NCBI GenBank assembly: GCA_020051075.1
Contig: JAGVJP010000058.1
Coordinates: 1-38,469, forward strand
Length of the DNA: 38,469 nt
DNA from: Parachlamydiales bacterium
Lineage (GTDB): Bacteria > Chlamydiota > Chlamydiia > Chlamydiales > Parachlamydiaceae
Reading direction: 5' to 3'
Shown here: positions 9,524 through 19,180 of the stretch, one piece after another
How the letters are laid out: every line of letters starts with the position of its first letter
Position numbering within the stretch: position 1 is the stretch's first letter
Notes under the pieces: generated by a model
What the model was told of the DNA's origin: nothing
The model's input: only the letters and a program-made list of their open reading frames with translations
Database searches by the model: none
Translations under genes and position numbers: made by a program

Positions 9524-9893
9524 TCTCACCAATCATTTCTCACTGATTAATGCCGAAAACTTAACCACGTGGGTTGCTGACCAACAGGGAACAGAAATAG
9601 GAAAAAGACCAAAAGGTTGGGTAAGCGATGCAGCAGCAAATCAAGCAGTTTATTCCTATTTATTAGATAATGTGACTGTTAATTCTGATCTTATTTGCCT
9701 TGGTGGGACAGCTGAATCACAATTTCAGCCTAGAACCGCCAGATACCTCGATGATGCTTCCCTTCATTTGATGCAAAAAGGGTCTGCGATTATCCCTGAT
9801 TTATCAGAAGAAATACGGCCTGGATTTAGAGATTTTTTGGTGCAAACCGCTAAAACATATGTGTCAAATCAACCTCCCTCCATTCATGTTTAA
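9519..9893 (+). pseudogene. 5'-truncated or frameshifted gene fragment
   Basis: The frame of ORF 9672..9893 stays open back to 9519 (NNLTNHFSLINAENLTTWVADQQG...), with no ATG or RBS near its 5' end. Confidence 0.4.
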
Positions 9894-9925
9894 ACACAAC
9901 GTCTCATCCCACCTTCTCAGGTATG

Positions 9926-12349
9926 CTACTCTGGATTAACAACCTCGGAGGGTTGTGAAGATTCCGTCTCCTGAGAGTGCTGCAAGTAGGCTAGGGAGAG
10001 GGCATTCTTCTCCTTGAGCTGTTTCAACACATTTTCCATAAGGTGGCGTTGCGCCTCATCACCGAGGATTTTCTGGTTGGCACTTGTTTGCTTTGCCATA
10101 GCAATGAGTGCTTGAGAATCACTCCCATCTCCTTTGACTTTGAAAAAGGTGACGTTCCCATCTGCCAGCCTTCTGACAGAAGACCATTGCTGCGAGGGTA
10201 ATGCCAAAGCCTCATCCAAGTCGACGGCATCAAGTCCTTTTTTCCGGCTGACTGTGAGTTCTTTTCGCTCTATTTTCCACTGCTCTTTGAGCGGCTGTGC
10301 GGCCAGAGCAGCTCCATCTCCTGTGTCCTTGACCAACTGATCTATGCCAGCTGGATCTTTTGCTGCCTGCATTCGCAACCCATTGATGTAGGGGTAAAGC
10401 CGCAAGGAGGCAAGAGAATCTTTCCCTGGCGCTTTCCCATCAGCTAAGGAAGGATTTTCTCGATCGACCAACTCTAAAGCTGCGAGTAAATCTGCGAAAT
10501 ATTGATCTGCTATCGCATCGTGAACAGTGCTGAAAGCCTTCCACTCATCCCCCTCTTTTTTATAGAGGGCAGGACTCTTTTCTCTGATAGAGAGGTAGTA
10601 TTTTTCTAAAATTTTGTTCCGCACTGCCTTTAATGTCCCATCTGCATTGGCTTCTGCAAAAGTCAAAACCTGGGGATCTCCCCCTTTATCCAATACTTTG
10701 ATTCGGTAGTAGTTCTGTTGATCAGCAGTATAAGCATAGAGAGGCGACCCTGCTTCAGGTTCAGCGCCAACGATTGCATGATCCAGATTATTCATCAGAG
10801 CTAGACGGACCTCTTTCTTCTCTAATCCGCTGAACGGAGCGCCCCCCCCTTCCATCCTCAATCCAATGACCATCGTTTGTGGAACAGCTTGGTTCAACGC
10901 GTCGTTGATCCACTCAGAATGTTCTTTAACAATAGTTTTCTTAGCAAATCCATCAACCTTAGTCCTTGTAATAGAATCTAATTCATCTAATACTTGAAAC
11001 CGCTCATCCCGCGTTTGAGCAGATTGCAGCCCTAAATCTGGAAACTGTTTAATGAGCAGCTGCCAGTGAGCGTCTTCTACTTCCCAATTCCACAGCTGGC
11101 GAAGCCCAATGCGGGATTGAAGATTCTTTTCGTTTATCTGTGAAATCTCGAGTTTGTAACGCTTCTGAACAAGTTCGGGAGTGTTTTTTAATATTTCAGC
11201 GACAGATAGGTATTCAGTAGGGAGGTCGAGGCTGCTTTTTTTCTCATCCTTGGCTACGCTCCTTGCATAAATTTCGAAATTCTGCAAATCGTCATAACTG
11301 CTTAACCGCAAGTTTGAAGGGAGTTGATAGAGATCAACAACAACGCTCTCATTGGCAAATTCGTGCAGCCTCTGAGTCGATAGGGTATCGACGAGAACGA
11401 CTGATCCCGCATCATGGAAATAGCGGCGAAATAGAAGAACTTGCCGCCATATTTTAACCGCCCGGGCCTGGTCGATGTTAAGGAGGTTTAGCTGATGAGT
11501 GAGGTATTCTTCTGGCGTTGCAACCCCCAGACGAGGATTTTTTTCATTTTGTTGAAAACTAAGTTGGGTATTGCGAATGAGATCGGCAACCGCTTCAGAT
11601 TGGGCAACTTGATAGCCTTTTTGCTCTGCGAGGATAGCCGCATTGATAATGAATTCGCTCACTAATCGATTAAAACGTGGTCCGAACCAATCTTCCATCG
11701 TATGATAGCCAAAGAGAGCAAGATCAGTCTGATCTAAAAGAGGATCGGGCTTCAACCAGCTATACTGCCTTTGTTGGAAACGTAAAACCTGGTTCAGAGT
11801 CTGTGGAGAGATCTTCCCACGCTCTCCAAGAAATAGCTGTATCCGTGCTTGGAAAGCTTCCGGATCCAACCCGTTTGTTGCCTGGGCAAGCAGATCAAAC
11901 TGACGGTTCATTTCAGGAGCAAAGTAGTTCCACACATTAGCGACATTCAGAAATGGAGCTTGAGGATGAATATATCGAGTATATTTTTTTTCCTTTATGA
12001 GGCGCTTATCAAAATCTTCCTGAAGCTCCTCGCGGTATGCTTGGACAAGTTCTTGAGCCAAGCCTGTTTCAAGAAAATCTTTTTTTATCACTCCATCATT
12101 CAGAAAGTTAGGTCCCCAAGCACCGCCAAAAAAGGCTTTGTCATCGTTATCGGTTGCCAAAAAGAGAGCCATCTCATCAACATCTAAACGGAGAACTTCA
12201 TGTCCATTGATTGCCTTAAATGCAATCTGCTCCCTCCAAGTGTTTGAACCTAATGTACTGTAGGTTCCAAAAAATGAAAAAGAAATGATGATCACAACTG
12301 TAATTACAAAGAAGAAATAACGTTGATGTCTGCGCAGAAAATCGAGCAT
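9926..12349 (-). CDS. SurA-N/PpiD-like membrane-anchored periplasmic chaperone (chlamydial conserved hypothetical)
   Basis: N-terminus MLDFLRRHQRYFFFVITVVIIISFSFFG...INGHEV is typical of SurA_N/PpiD anchors. Start set to the ATG at 12349 (GGAG upstream). Confidence 0.7.
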   Translation of the reverse strand: MLDFLRRHQRYFFFVITVVIIISFSFFGTYSTLGSNTWREQIAFKAINGHEVLRLDVDEMALFLATDNDDKAFFGGAWGPNFLNDGVIKKDFLETGLAQELVQAYREELQEDFDKRLIKEKKYTRYIHPQAPFLNVANVWNYFAPEMNRQFDLLAQATNGLDPEAFQARIQLFLGERGKISPQTLNQVLRFQQRQYSWLKPDPLLDQTDLALFGYHTMEDWFGPRFNRLVSEFIINAAILAEQKGYQVAQSEAVADLIRNTQLSFQQNEKNPRLGVATPEEYLTHQLNLLNIDQARAVKIWRQVLLFRRYFHDAGSVVLVDTLSTQRLHEFANESVVVDLYQLPSNLRLSSYDDLQNFEIYARSVAKDEKKSSLDLPTEYLSVAEILKNTPELVQKRYKLEISQINEKNLQSRIGLRQLWNWEVEDAHWQLLIKQFPDLGLQSAQTRDERFQVLDELDSITRTKVDGFAKKTIVKEHSEWINDALNQAVPQTMVIGLRMEGGGAPFSGLEKKEVRLALMNNLDHAIVGAEPEAGSPLYAYTADQQNYYRIKVLDKGGDPQVLTFAEANADGTLKAVRNKILEKYYLSIREKSPALYKKEGDEWKAFSTVHDAIADQYFADLLAALELVDRENPSLADGKAPGKDSLASLRLYPYINGLRMQAAKDPAGIDQLVKDTGDGAALAAQPLKEQWKIERKELTVSRKKGLDAVDLDEALALPSQQWSSVRRLADGNVTFFKVKGDGSDSQALIAMAKQTSANQKILGDEAQRHLMENVLKQLKEKNALSLAYLQHSQETESSQPSEVVNPE

Positions 12350-12557
12350 AGGTTTAGTCTCTCCATCCAGGGTTGAAAAGGTCAGAAAATGAACACGAGC
12401 ATCCATTTTCTCGTGAGTCTGATATCTTACCAAAAGATCTCATTCCTTCAAAATCTTTTCAGCATTGTTGCATGAATCACCTCAAGAGGCTGCCCCTCTT
12501 TTCATGAACAAGCCTAAGCCCAAAAACTAACAAGATGAGCAGGATAGGCAAAAAATG

Positions 12558-12586
12558 TTGCTTTTGATTCTGATTTCAACTATTCT
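12558..12586 (+). promoter_or_regulatory. Putative sigma66 promoter of the kinase-like gene
   Basis: TTGCTT-N17-TATTCT. Confidence 0.5.
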
Positions 12587-12612
12587 ACTTACAAATAAAT
12601 AAAGTAAAAATT

Positions 12613-13920
12613 ATGTCAATCAACAAATATTATTCTTCCTTTTTCAAAGAGACTCCTCCCTACAACTATCCTCTATACATTAATGCCGAAAAAGAAACCG
12701 CCAAATATCCATTTCCTTCCAAAGCAACTGAAGAACCCACTGCGAGAGAACTCACAGCACTCCTTCAAACTGATCTTGAAGGGATCACCTTTTCTCATTT
12801 TTTACAAGAATCGACATATGACCCACATACCTCTGCGAATCGAATACACACTTTGCGTCAACGGGGTTGGGAACAGTTTGGGGGAAATGATGAGTACGGC
12901 CTCATCTTAGGGCATCCTTCGCTCCTCCCTGGCTGGTTAATCAAAAAGAACTATTCTGCTTCAGCAAACTTTGCGGGCAATGAGAGAAGGCTTGGAAAAA
13001 TGATTCACTACACTTCCCTGCCTGTATGGATGCTTCCCCATTCTCATCCGAGAAGGGAGGATCCAACTGATGAAACCGAAGAGCACTCTCTATTCGTTCC
13101 CAATGACGTCATCAATCCTTTACGTGTTGTTGTCCTTCAGCAAGGAGAACAGTGTATTCGTGAATTATTTCTAGATTGTGTTACCCCCTGCAAAGAATAT
13201 ATCTTTCATCTTCCCAATGCACCTACAACGCTGCCATTACATCAAAGAACGGTGGTCATTTCAGAAAAAATGAATATTTTCTCTCATAGAGAAAACTTCA
13301 CGCATTTAACTCGGCTCTTCATCACCGATCGGGAATATTTCATCAAACTCGCCACTCAAATTTGTCTCTTTATTAAATACACCCGCATGACTGACATGCA
13401 TTTAGGAAATCTCGCTTTTATTCGTCCAGAAAACCCGACCGAACTTCCAAGACAAGTAACCTTTTTTGATGGTGAACCTTTAGGGTCGCTTTTTGACGAA
13501 TCGCTTCTTACCGCTGCTGAAGAAGGTTATGCTCCTAATTTTAATGAATTTGACCGTGGAGCATTTTCCCTTTTAGGCCTCTTAAAATTAAAGCGCGAGT
13601 TAGAAAAAAAACTAACCCGTTTAGAACGCGAACAATTCGGATTCGACATCACCGAAAGCGATGAATCGAGCGACGACAATTCAACAACAAGCAGAAATCT
13701 CTCTAACACTAACACAGAAATCGTCAATACCCAACAGATGATTCGTGCATTCTGTGAGGTGATCGAATCAACGGAGAAAGGGGTCAATCGCGAAAGGATG
13801 TGGTTTGCAGCAAAGAATCGTCTCCCGTTCTTGTGGATCGTATTTTTTGCCATCGCCTGCATTCGATCAGTCTGCGATTACATTGGCTTCACTCGCCAGC
13901 AGCAGCGAAGCATAAATTAG
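12613..13920 (+). CDS. Atypical protein-kinase-like (PKL fold) protein with a C-terminal TM helix
   Basis: WLIKK (beta3 Lys), VVISEK (hinge), TDMHLGN (catalytic loop), FFDGE (DFG-like), and LPFLWIVFFAIACI near the C-terminus. Confidence 0.6.
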   Translation: MSINKYYSSFFKETPPYNYPLYINAEKETAKYPFPSKATEEPTARELTALLQTDLEGITFSHFLQESTYDPHTSANRIHTLRQRGWEQFGGNDEYGLILGHPSLLPGWLIKKNYSASANFAGNERRLGKMIHYTSLPVWMLPHSHPRREDPTDETEEHSLFVPNDVINPLRVVVLQQGEQCIRELFLDCVTPCKEYIFHLPNAPTTLPLHQRTVVISEKMNIFSHRENFTHLTRLFITDREYFIKLATQICLFIKYTRMTDMHLGNLAFIRPENPTELPRQVTFFDGEPLGSLFDESLLTAAEEGYAPNFNEFDRGAFSLLGLLKLKRELEKKLTRLEREQFGFDITESDESSDDNSTTSRNLSNTNTEIVNTQQMIRAFCEVIESTEKGVNRERMWFAAKNRLPFLWIVFFAIACIRSVCDYIGFTRQQQRSIN

Positions 13921-14614
13921 CAATCAAGGCCTTTCGGAGTTTGCTACGCCCCTCTGAAAGACCTGATTCATCAACATGGTCACCCAATAAATAAAAACTA
14001 TTTTGACGGATCGACGCAATCTTTTCCTCTCCATCAATGAATACCTCTCGAAGCACTTCAAATGGAGGCATGGTTAAGGATAGGCTTCCTTGATGTAGAA
14101 GGCCATTCTTTGACTTTCTTTGGGCTGCGCCTCCCACTTTCTTTCCTTCGAAGATGAGGTCATAAACCGTTGCCCGCTCCATGCAGAACGTTCCACATTG
14201 CTCTTTGACATTACAATCTGATTCGAGAAGGGTAGGTGAATACAGACAACATTCTTCAACAGCTAGAGCAACCTTCTCATTTATGCAACGATAACACTGC
14301 AATGTATTTGAAGAATAGAATGGATGTTTTGAAGGGACTAACACTGAAAAAGCAAAATCGGAAAGATGGAAAATAATCCCGCCCCCAGTCGGACGTCGAG
14401 CCATTTCAATCCCGAATTTCTCTAGATTCTCACCATTCAGATATTTCAAAGGATTGGTAAAGTAGCCAAAAGTCAAACAAGGTGTTTTCCATTCATAGAG
14501 ATGAATCATCGGAACTTGATTTTGACTGATTTGGCTTAGCAAGGCAGCATCTTTTTCCATTATCTCTGAAGCAGTCAACCTTCCAGAATCGATCACCACC
14601 CATGGAAATGACAT
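13889..14614 (-). CDS. lplA: Lipoate-protein ligase family protein (LplA/LipM-like)
   Basis: MEKDAALL, RRPTGGGIIFH, GKKVGGAAQR and LHQGS motifs. Confidence 0.9.
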   Translation of the reverse strand: MSFPWVVIDSGRLTASEIMEKDAALLSQISQNQVPMIHLYEWKTPCLTFGYFTNPLKYLNGENLEKFGIEMARRPTGGGIIFHLSDFAFSVLVPSKHPFYSSNTLQCYRCINEKVALAVEECCLYSPTLLESDCNVKEQCGTFCMERATVYDLIFEGKKVGGAAQRKSKNGLLHQGSLSLTMPPFEVLREVFIDGEEKIASIRQNSFYLLGDHVDESGLSEGRSKLRKALIANLCFAAAGE

Positions 14615-15349
14615 CTATCGATAGACAATGGGGTGAAGGCGATCGTTCAACTTATCGTTGAAAATATACCCGAGTTGTTTTAACGCATGCGTATGGGGAT
14701 CCGCAGTTTGCAAAATGTAGCGGGAGGAACGTCGCGTATAGACAATGAGATAATAACGCTGTTGAGGGCTGCTGCAGATAGCATCCCATTGAATATTTAA
14801 TGAAGGGAGGAAAAACACAGCGTGCCCTTGAGTGCGGGGGAAAATGGATTTTACTTCCTCTACACCGTTGCCATCCTCTACACCGTTGCCATCCTCAACA
14901 GATGGCGACTCTCCCAAGGCAAATATCAACCCGCAAGCGACATCGGTTAGACAGCACATAGAATCTAAACTTGACTCTCGGCTTAAAAAAGAATCATAGA
15001 TGGAAGGGTGAAGACTTGGAATTGTGTTTGGAGAGGGATACAGCTGATCATAGCCCATTCGAAGAGGTTTTTTTTCAATCAATTCAGTCGCAATTTCTCC
15101 AAATCGGGGAAATAATGTACATTTACTCAGTGTTGGACTCGACCGCCACAGATCATGCCCCTTTAAAAAAACTTGTTCGGAAGAAAAGGTCTTTAAATTT
15201 CCAGGAGAGGCGTCGAGGCGAGTTGCAAGCACCTGGTCGATTTCCCGGTTCATGATCATAAGCTGATCCGCCGATAGAAGATCATCGAATTCAATCCATC
15301 CATTTTTCTGAAAAAATTTACGATGTTCGTTTGCTATGGCAAATTTCAT
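14615..15349 (-). CDS. CT296/DcrA-like protein, PhyH-type dioxygenase fold
   Basis: EHRKFFQKNGWIEFDDLL, GHDLWR, KPLRMGYDQ and DPHTHALK..GY...D.L....HPI. Divergent from rnc, as recalled for Chlamydia. Start set to the ATG at 15349. Confidence 0.7.
   Translation of the reverse strand: MKFAIANEHRKFFQKNGWIEFDDLLSADQLMIMNREIDQVLATRLDASPGNLKTFSSEQVFLKGHDLWRSSPTLSKCTLFPRFGEIATELIEKKPLRMGYDQLYPSPNTIPSLHPSIYDSFLSRESSLDSMCCLTDVACGLIFALGESPSVEDGNGVEDGNGVEEVKSIFPRTQGHAVFFLPSLNIQWDAICSSPQQRYYLIVYTRRSSRYILQTADPHTHALKQLGYIFNDKLNDRLHPIVYR
14856..14896. repeat. In-frame 18-bp tandem duplication (VEDGNG x2)
   Basis: tcctctacaccgttgcca occurs twice exactly, followed by a partial third copy. Confidence 0.9.
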
Positions 15350-15445
15350 ATTGACTATCCTTGATAAAACAAAAATTCGCACATCGCGTGCAATATAGAT
15401 ATAAGACACTAGCATAAAAAACATTTATCGCCTACACTCTTATCC

Positions 15446-16156
15446 ATGAATTTAATGGAAGCATTATCACAACATCTCCCGCTTATCGAAAGCAAGATTG
15501 GGTACACATTTAAAGATCGATCCCTCCTTGCACTCGCTTTTGTTCATCGATCCTACGTGAACGAAAATCATGCGATCACAGAACATAACGAGAGACTCGA
15601 GTTTCTAGGAGATTCAGTGTTAGGAATGATTATCTCTGATTACCTCTATCGCCAACTTCCAGGCCATCCTGAAGGAGAGCTGTCATATCTCCGCTCCCGT
15701 TTAGTTGAAGCAAGTTCATGCGTCAGCTTCATTCAAACTCTCCACATTGAACCCTACTTACTCCTTGGCAAAGGGGAAAGGATGAATGATGGAAGGGGCA
15801 GGGAGTCGATCCTAGCGGATCTCATGGAAGCACTCATCGGTGCCATCTATCTTGATGGCGGGTATGAAACCGTGCGCAACTTCTTATTCCAGAATTTCCT
15901 CCCTCAAATAGAGAATATTCTGAAAACTCCGCTAAAGAACTGGAAAGCACTCTTACAAGATTTCTGTCAAAAAAAATACCAGCAAACGCCAAGATATCAA
16001 GTATTAGAAGAAGCAGGTCCTGATCACAGTAAAACCTTCCACATCGTTGCTTTCGTCAACGACCTAGAGCTGGGAAGAGGAACAGGGTCTTCAAAAAAAG
16101 AAGCTCAACAGGCCGCCGCCGCAGAAGCTCTTTCAAAGCTTATTCCTTCGCATTAA
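15446..16156 (+). CDS. rnc: Ribonuclease III
   Basis: HNERLEFLGDSVLG, EALIGAIYLDGG and dsRBD motif GPDHSK..G.G.SKKEAQQ.AA. Confidence 0.98.
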   Translation: MNLMEALSQHLPLIESKIGYTFKDRSLLALAFVHRSYVNENHAITEHNERLEFLGDSVLGMIISDYLYRQLPGHPEGELSYLRSRLVEASSCVSFIQTLHIEPYLLLGKGERMNDGRGRESILADLMEALIGAIYLDGGYETVRNFLFQNFLPQIENILKTPLKNWKALLQDFCQKKYQQTPRYQVLEEAGPDHSKTFHIVAFVNDLELGRGTGSSKKEAQQAAAAEALSKLIPSH

Positions 16157-16168
16157 ACAGGAACTCTG

Positions 16169-17539
16169 ATGGCAAAGCAAAAAAATGTATGGGTCTGCTC
16201 TGAGTGTGGCCAAAAGCAATCCAAATGGGCTGGCCAATGCTCTTCATGCAATCAATGGAACACATTCCATGAAGAACTTGAGATGGCCTCGATCCCCCGT
16301 CGTTTTGAAGCACAACTGTCTCATGTCAGCAAGCCCATCAAACTCCATGAAATCAAACGGAATGAAACACCCCGCATCCAAACGGGCATCCGAGAGTGCG
16401 ACCGTCTTTTCGGTGGAGGGATTGTCCCTGGTTCGTTAACTTTGATTGGAGGAGACCCAGGGATTGGAAAGTCAACACTGATGCTTCAGCTCTCCTGCGC
16501 CCTGGCTCAACAAGGGTTGCTTGTCTTATATGTCTGCGGAGAAGAATCAGTCGAACAAACCTCACTTCGCGCCGAGCGATTAGGGATTCATACAGAGAAC
16601 CTATACTTATTGTGTGAAACAAATTTCTCTCTGATTAAATCGCACATCGATCAAATTAACCCTAACGTCCTTATCGTCGATTCCATCCAAATCGTCTACA
16701 AAAGCGAAATCTCATCCGCACCAGGCTCTGTTTCACAAGTGAGAGAGACAACAACCGAGTTCATGCATCTTGCTAAAGGGCGGAATATCGCCACGTTCCT
16801 CATCGGCCACGTCACTAAATCTGGAGAGATTGCAGGCCCTCGGGTTCTCGAACATCTCGTTGATACCGTCCTCTATTTTGAAGGGGATAAACAACATCAA
16901 TACCGGATGATTCGGGTTGTCAAGAACCGTTTCGGCCCAACTGATGAAATCGCCATGTTTCAGATGAAGCAGTCAGGGTTAATCGAAGTGCCGAACCCTT
17001 CTGAGATATTCCTTGAAGAACGGATGAAAGGGATGATTGGTTCGGTCATCATCCCAACGCTTGAAGGGTCGCGCCCCATATTAATTGAGGTTCAAGCTCT
17101 GGTCACCGATACTGTTTTCAGCGCCCCTTCAAGGCGTTGCACCGGGCTGGATCAAAACCGCCTGGCTTTATTGCTCGCTGTCTTAGAAAAGCGGATGGGC
17201 TACCAAATGCATAAATGTGATGTCTTCGTCTCCGTTGCCGGAGGATTGCGGATTCTAGAACCAGCGATTGACTTAGGGATCCTCCTCGCTGCTGCATCAT
17301 CGATGCGAAACCTTCTTGTCGACCCTGACACGATTGTGATTGGCGAGGTCGGCCTGGGCGGGGAGGTGCGCAGCGTTCCTCGGGCTGAAAGCCGTCTTAA
17401 AGAAGCCATTCACATGGGATTCAGTCGCTGCATCATCCCTAAACGTGACGCAAAAGGAATTTCTGAAAACATCCTGAAGAAAATCAACTTGCTCGAAGTT
17501 GAATTTGTCGAGGAGGCTATCGATGCCTTGCTCAAATGA
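16169..17539 (+). CDS. radA: DNA repair protein RadA/Sms
   Basis: C4 zinc finger, GDPGIGKST, KNRFG motif and Lon-like C-terminus. Confidence 0.98.
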   Translation: MAKQKNVWVCSECGQKQSKWAGQCSSCNQWNTFHEELEMASIPRRFEAQLSHVSKPIKLHEIKRNETPRIQTGIRECDRLFGGGIVPGSLTLIGGDPGIGKSTLMLQLSCALAQQGLLVLYVCGEESVEQTSLRAERLGIHTENLYLLCETNFSLIKSHIDQINPNVLIVDSIQIVYKSEISSAPGSVSQVRETTTEFMHLAKGRNIATFLIGHVTKSGEIAGPRVLEHLVDTVLYFEGDKQHQYRMIRVVKNRFGPTDEIAMFQMKQSGLIEVPNPSEIFLEERMKGMIGSVIIPTLEGSRPILIEVQALVTDTVFSAPSRRCTGLDQNRLALLLAVLEKRMGYQMHKCDVFVSVAGGLRILEPAIDLGILLAAASSMRNLLVDPDTIVIGEVGLGGEVRSVPRAESRLKEAIHMGFSRCIIPKRDAKGISENILKKINLLEVEFVEEAIDALLK

Positions 17540-18203
17540 ACAATTGATGATCCAAGTTGCCGCCCGCTCTTCCCCTCTTTCTCGAGTTCAAGTAGCCGAA
17601 ATCTTAGCAGAGCTCATTCAACATCATCCTCATGTCATATTTGAGACGCACTTCATGTCAACAGCTGGAGACCGCGACCACTCCATCTCATTGAGGACGA
17701 TCGGTGAGCGGAGTGATATTTTCACAAAAGACATCGATCTCGCCATCCTTCAGGAACGCTGCCGCATCGGAATCCATTCCGCCAAAGATCTTTTCATCCC
17801 CCTTCCAGATGGACTAGAGCTAGTATGCCTCACACAAGGTCTCGATCCAAGCGATTCTCTTGTTTTACGCTCGCATGAGACACTAGAATCCCTCGCTCAA
17901 CATAGCGTCATCGCCACCTCATCAATTCGAAGGGAAGAAAGTGTAAAAAACCTGAGGAGCGGCCTCAGTTTTATAGACCTTCGAGGGACAATCGCCGAAC
18001 GGTTGACGAAATTGGAAACTGGCGAAGCTGATGGAGTTGTCGTTGCCGAAGCGGCGCTGATCCGGCTTGGATTGACCCATTTGAATCGGATCAAGCTGCC
18101 AGGTCCCACAGCTGAGGGACAGGGCCAACTCGCCGTCATTGCCAGGTCGGGTGATCAGGAGATGAAGGCCCTTTTTGCCTGTATTTCAATATTAAATGCT
18201 TGA
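17523..18203 (+). CDS. hemC: Hydroxymethylbilane synthase, short form lacking domain 3
   Basis: ARSSPLS..Q, T.GD, FTKDID, IHSAKD, TSS.RR, LRGTI..RL.KL and GQG motifs. The start could also be 17547. Confidence 0.9.
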   Translation: MPCSNEQLMIQVAARSSPLSRVQVAEILAELIQHHPHVIFETHFMSTAGDRDHSISLRTIGERSDIFTKDIDLAILQERCRIGIHSAKDLFIPLPDGLELVCLTQGLDPSDSLVLRSHETLESLAQHSVIATSSIRREESVKNLRSGLSFIDLRGTIAERLTKLETGEADGVVVAEAALIRLGLTHLNRIKLPGPTAEGQGQLAVIARSGDQEMKALFACISILNA

Positions 18204-18228
18204 CCACAAGATCAAATCTGTTTATTCT
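18200..18228 (+). promoter_or_regulatory. Putative sigma66 promoter of the Rpn gene; the -35 box overlaps the hemC stop codon
   Basis: TTGACC-N17-TATTCT. Confidence 0.55.
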
Positions 18229-18256
18229 ATGATTATACAATTTTTTTGAGTTTACA

Positions 18257-19180
18257 ATGAGTCGATATCTAGATCCAACAAATGACGTTGCCTTTAAGAA
18301 AATCTTTGGAACAGACGATCATAAGCCCCTTTTAATCAGCTTCCTCAACGCCACTTTAGGGCTGACTGGGCAAGAGATGATCCAAACAATAGAATTTCTC
18401 CAAAAAGAGCAGGTTCCTCAGATTAAAGATAATAAATTAACGATTCTCGATGTCAAATGCAAGACAGGTCAGGGAACGATCTTTATCGTTGAAATTCAGA
18501 ACAAAGTCGTCCCAGAATTCATTAAACGAACGCAATATTATGCTTCGCATTGTTATGTCAATCAACTCAACAGCGGCTCGACATACCTTGAATTGAGTCC
18601 TGTCATCTTACTGGCTATTGTTAATTATACTCTCTTTCCCAATAAAACTGAACGAGTGGTCAGCTTCCATAAGACATTAGATATCGAATCCCACGAACAT
18701 GACCATCAAGCGATTTCCTATGCTTATATCGAACTTCCTAAGTTTGAAAAAAAAGAAGATGAACTCCAAACGGTACAGGATAAGTGGATCTTCTTTTTAA
18801 AGAATTGGAAATATTCTAAAGAGATCCCCAAGAGTGTTCAAGAAAAAGAAATTATAGAGGCTTACCAAGCGATTGAGCAGTTTGGTTGGAATCCGTTTGA
18901 AATGGATGAATATGTAAGAGCAAATCTGTTCCGTACCGACCTCTATCGACAGCAACAAGTCAGTTACGAAGAGGGCCTCGAGAAAGGGAAAGAAGAAGGC
19001 CTTCAAGAAGGGCTTGAAAAAGGCCTTCAAGAGGGGTTTGAAAAAGGCCGTCTTGAAGAAAAACTCCATCTTGCACAACAGCTGTTAACAAAAGGTTTCT
19101 CCCAACAGGAAGTCTCTGAGATGACAAAACTAAAGCTAGAAGAGATCGTTAAATATGCTGAGGTCATGAACAAAACTTAA
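18257..19180 (+). CDS. Rpn-family recombination-promoting nuclease / PD-(D/E)XK putative transposase (PDDEXK_2)
   Basis: LDPTNDVAFKKIFG, ILDVKC, IVEIQ, R.QYYAS, IELPKF and DKWIFFLK motifs; C-terminal EGxxxG repeats and an HTH-like tail. Confidence 0.92.
   Translation: MSRYLDPTNDVAFKKIFGTDDHKPLLISFLNATLGLTGQEMIQTIEFLQKEQVPQIKDNKLTILDVKCKTGQGTIFIVEIQNKVVPEFIKRTQYYASHCYVNQLNSGSTYLELSPVILLAIVNYTLFPNKTERVVSFHKTLDIESHEHDHQAISYAYIELPKFEKKEDELQTVQDKWIFFLKNWKYSKEIPKSVQEKEIIEAYQAIEQFGWNPFEMDEYVRANLFRTDLYRQQQVSYEEGLEKGKEEGLQEGLEKGLQEGFEKGRLEEKLHLAQQLLTKGFSQQEVSEMTKLKLEEIVKYAEVMNKT

Noticed and set aside
18257..19180. IS element around the Rpn 'transposase'
   Set aside because: No terminal inverted repeats or target-site duplication are visible, and the family is not a proven transposase.
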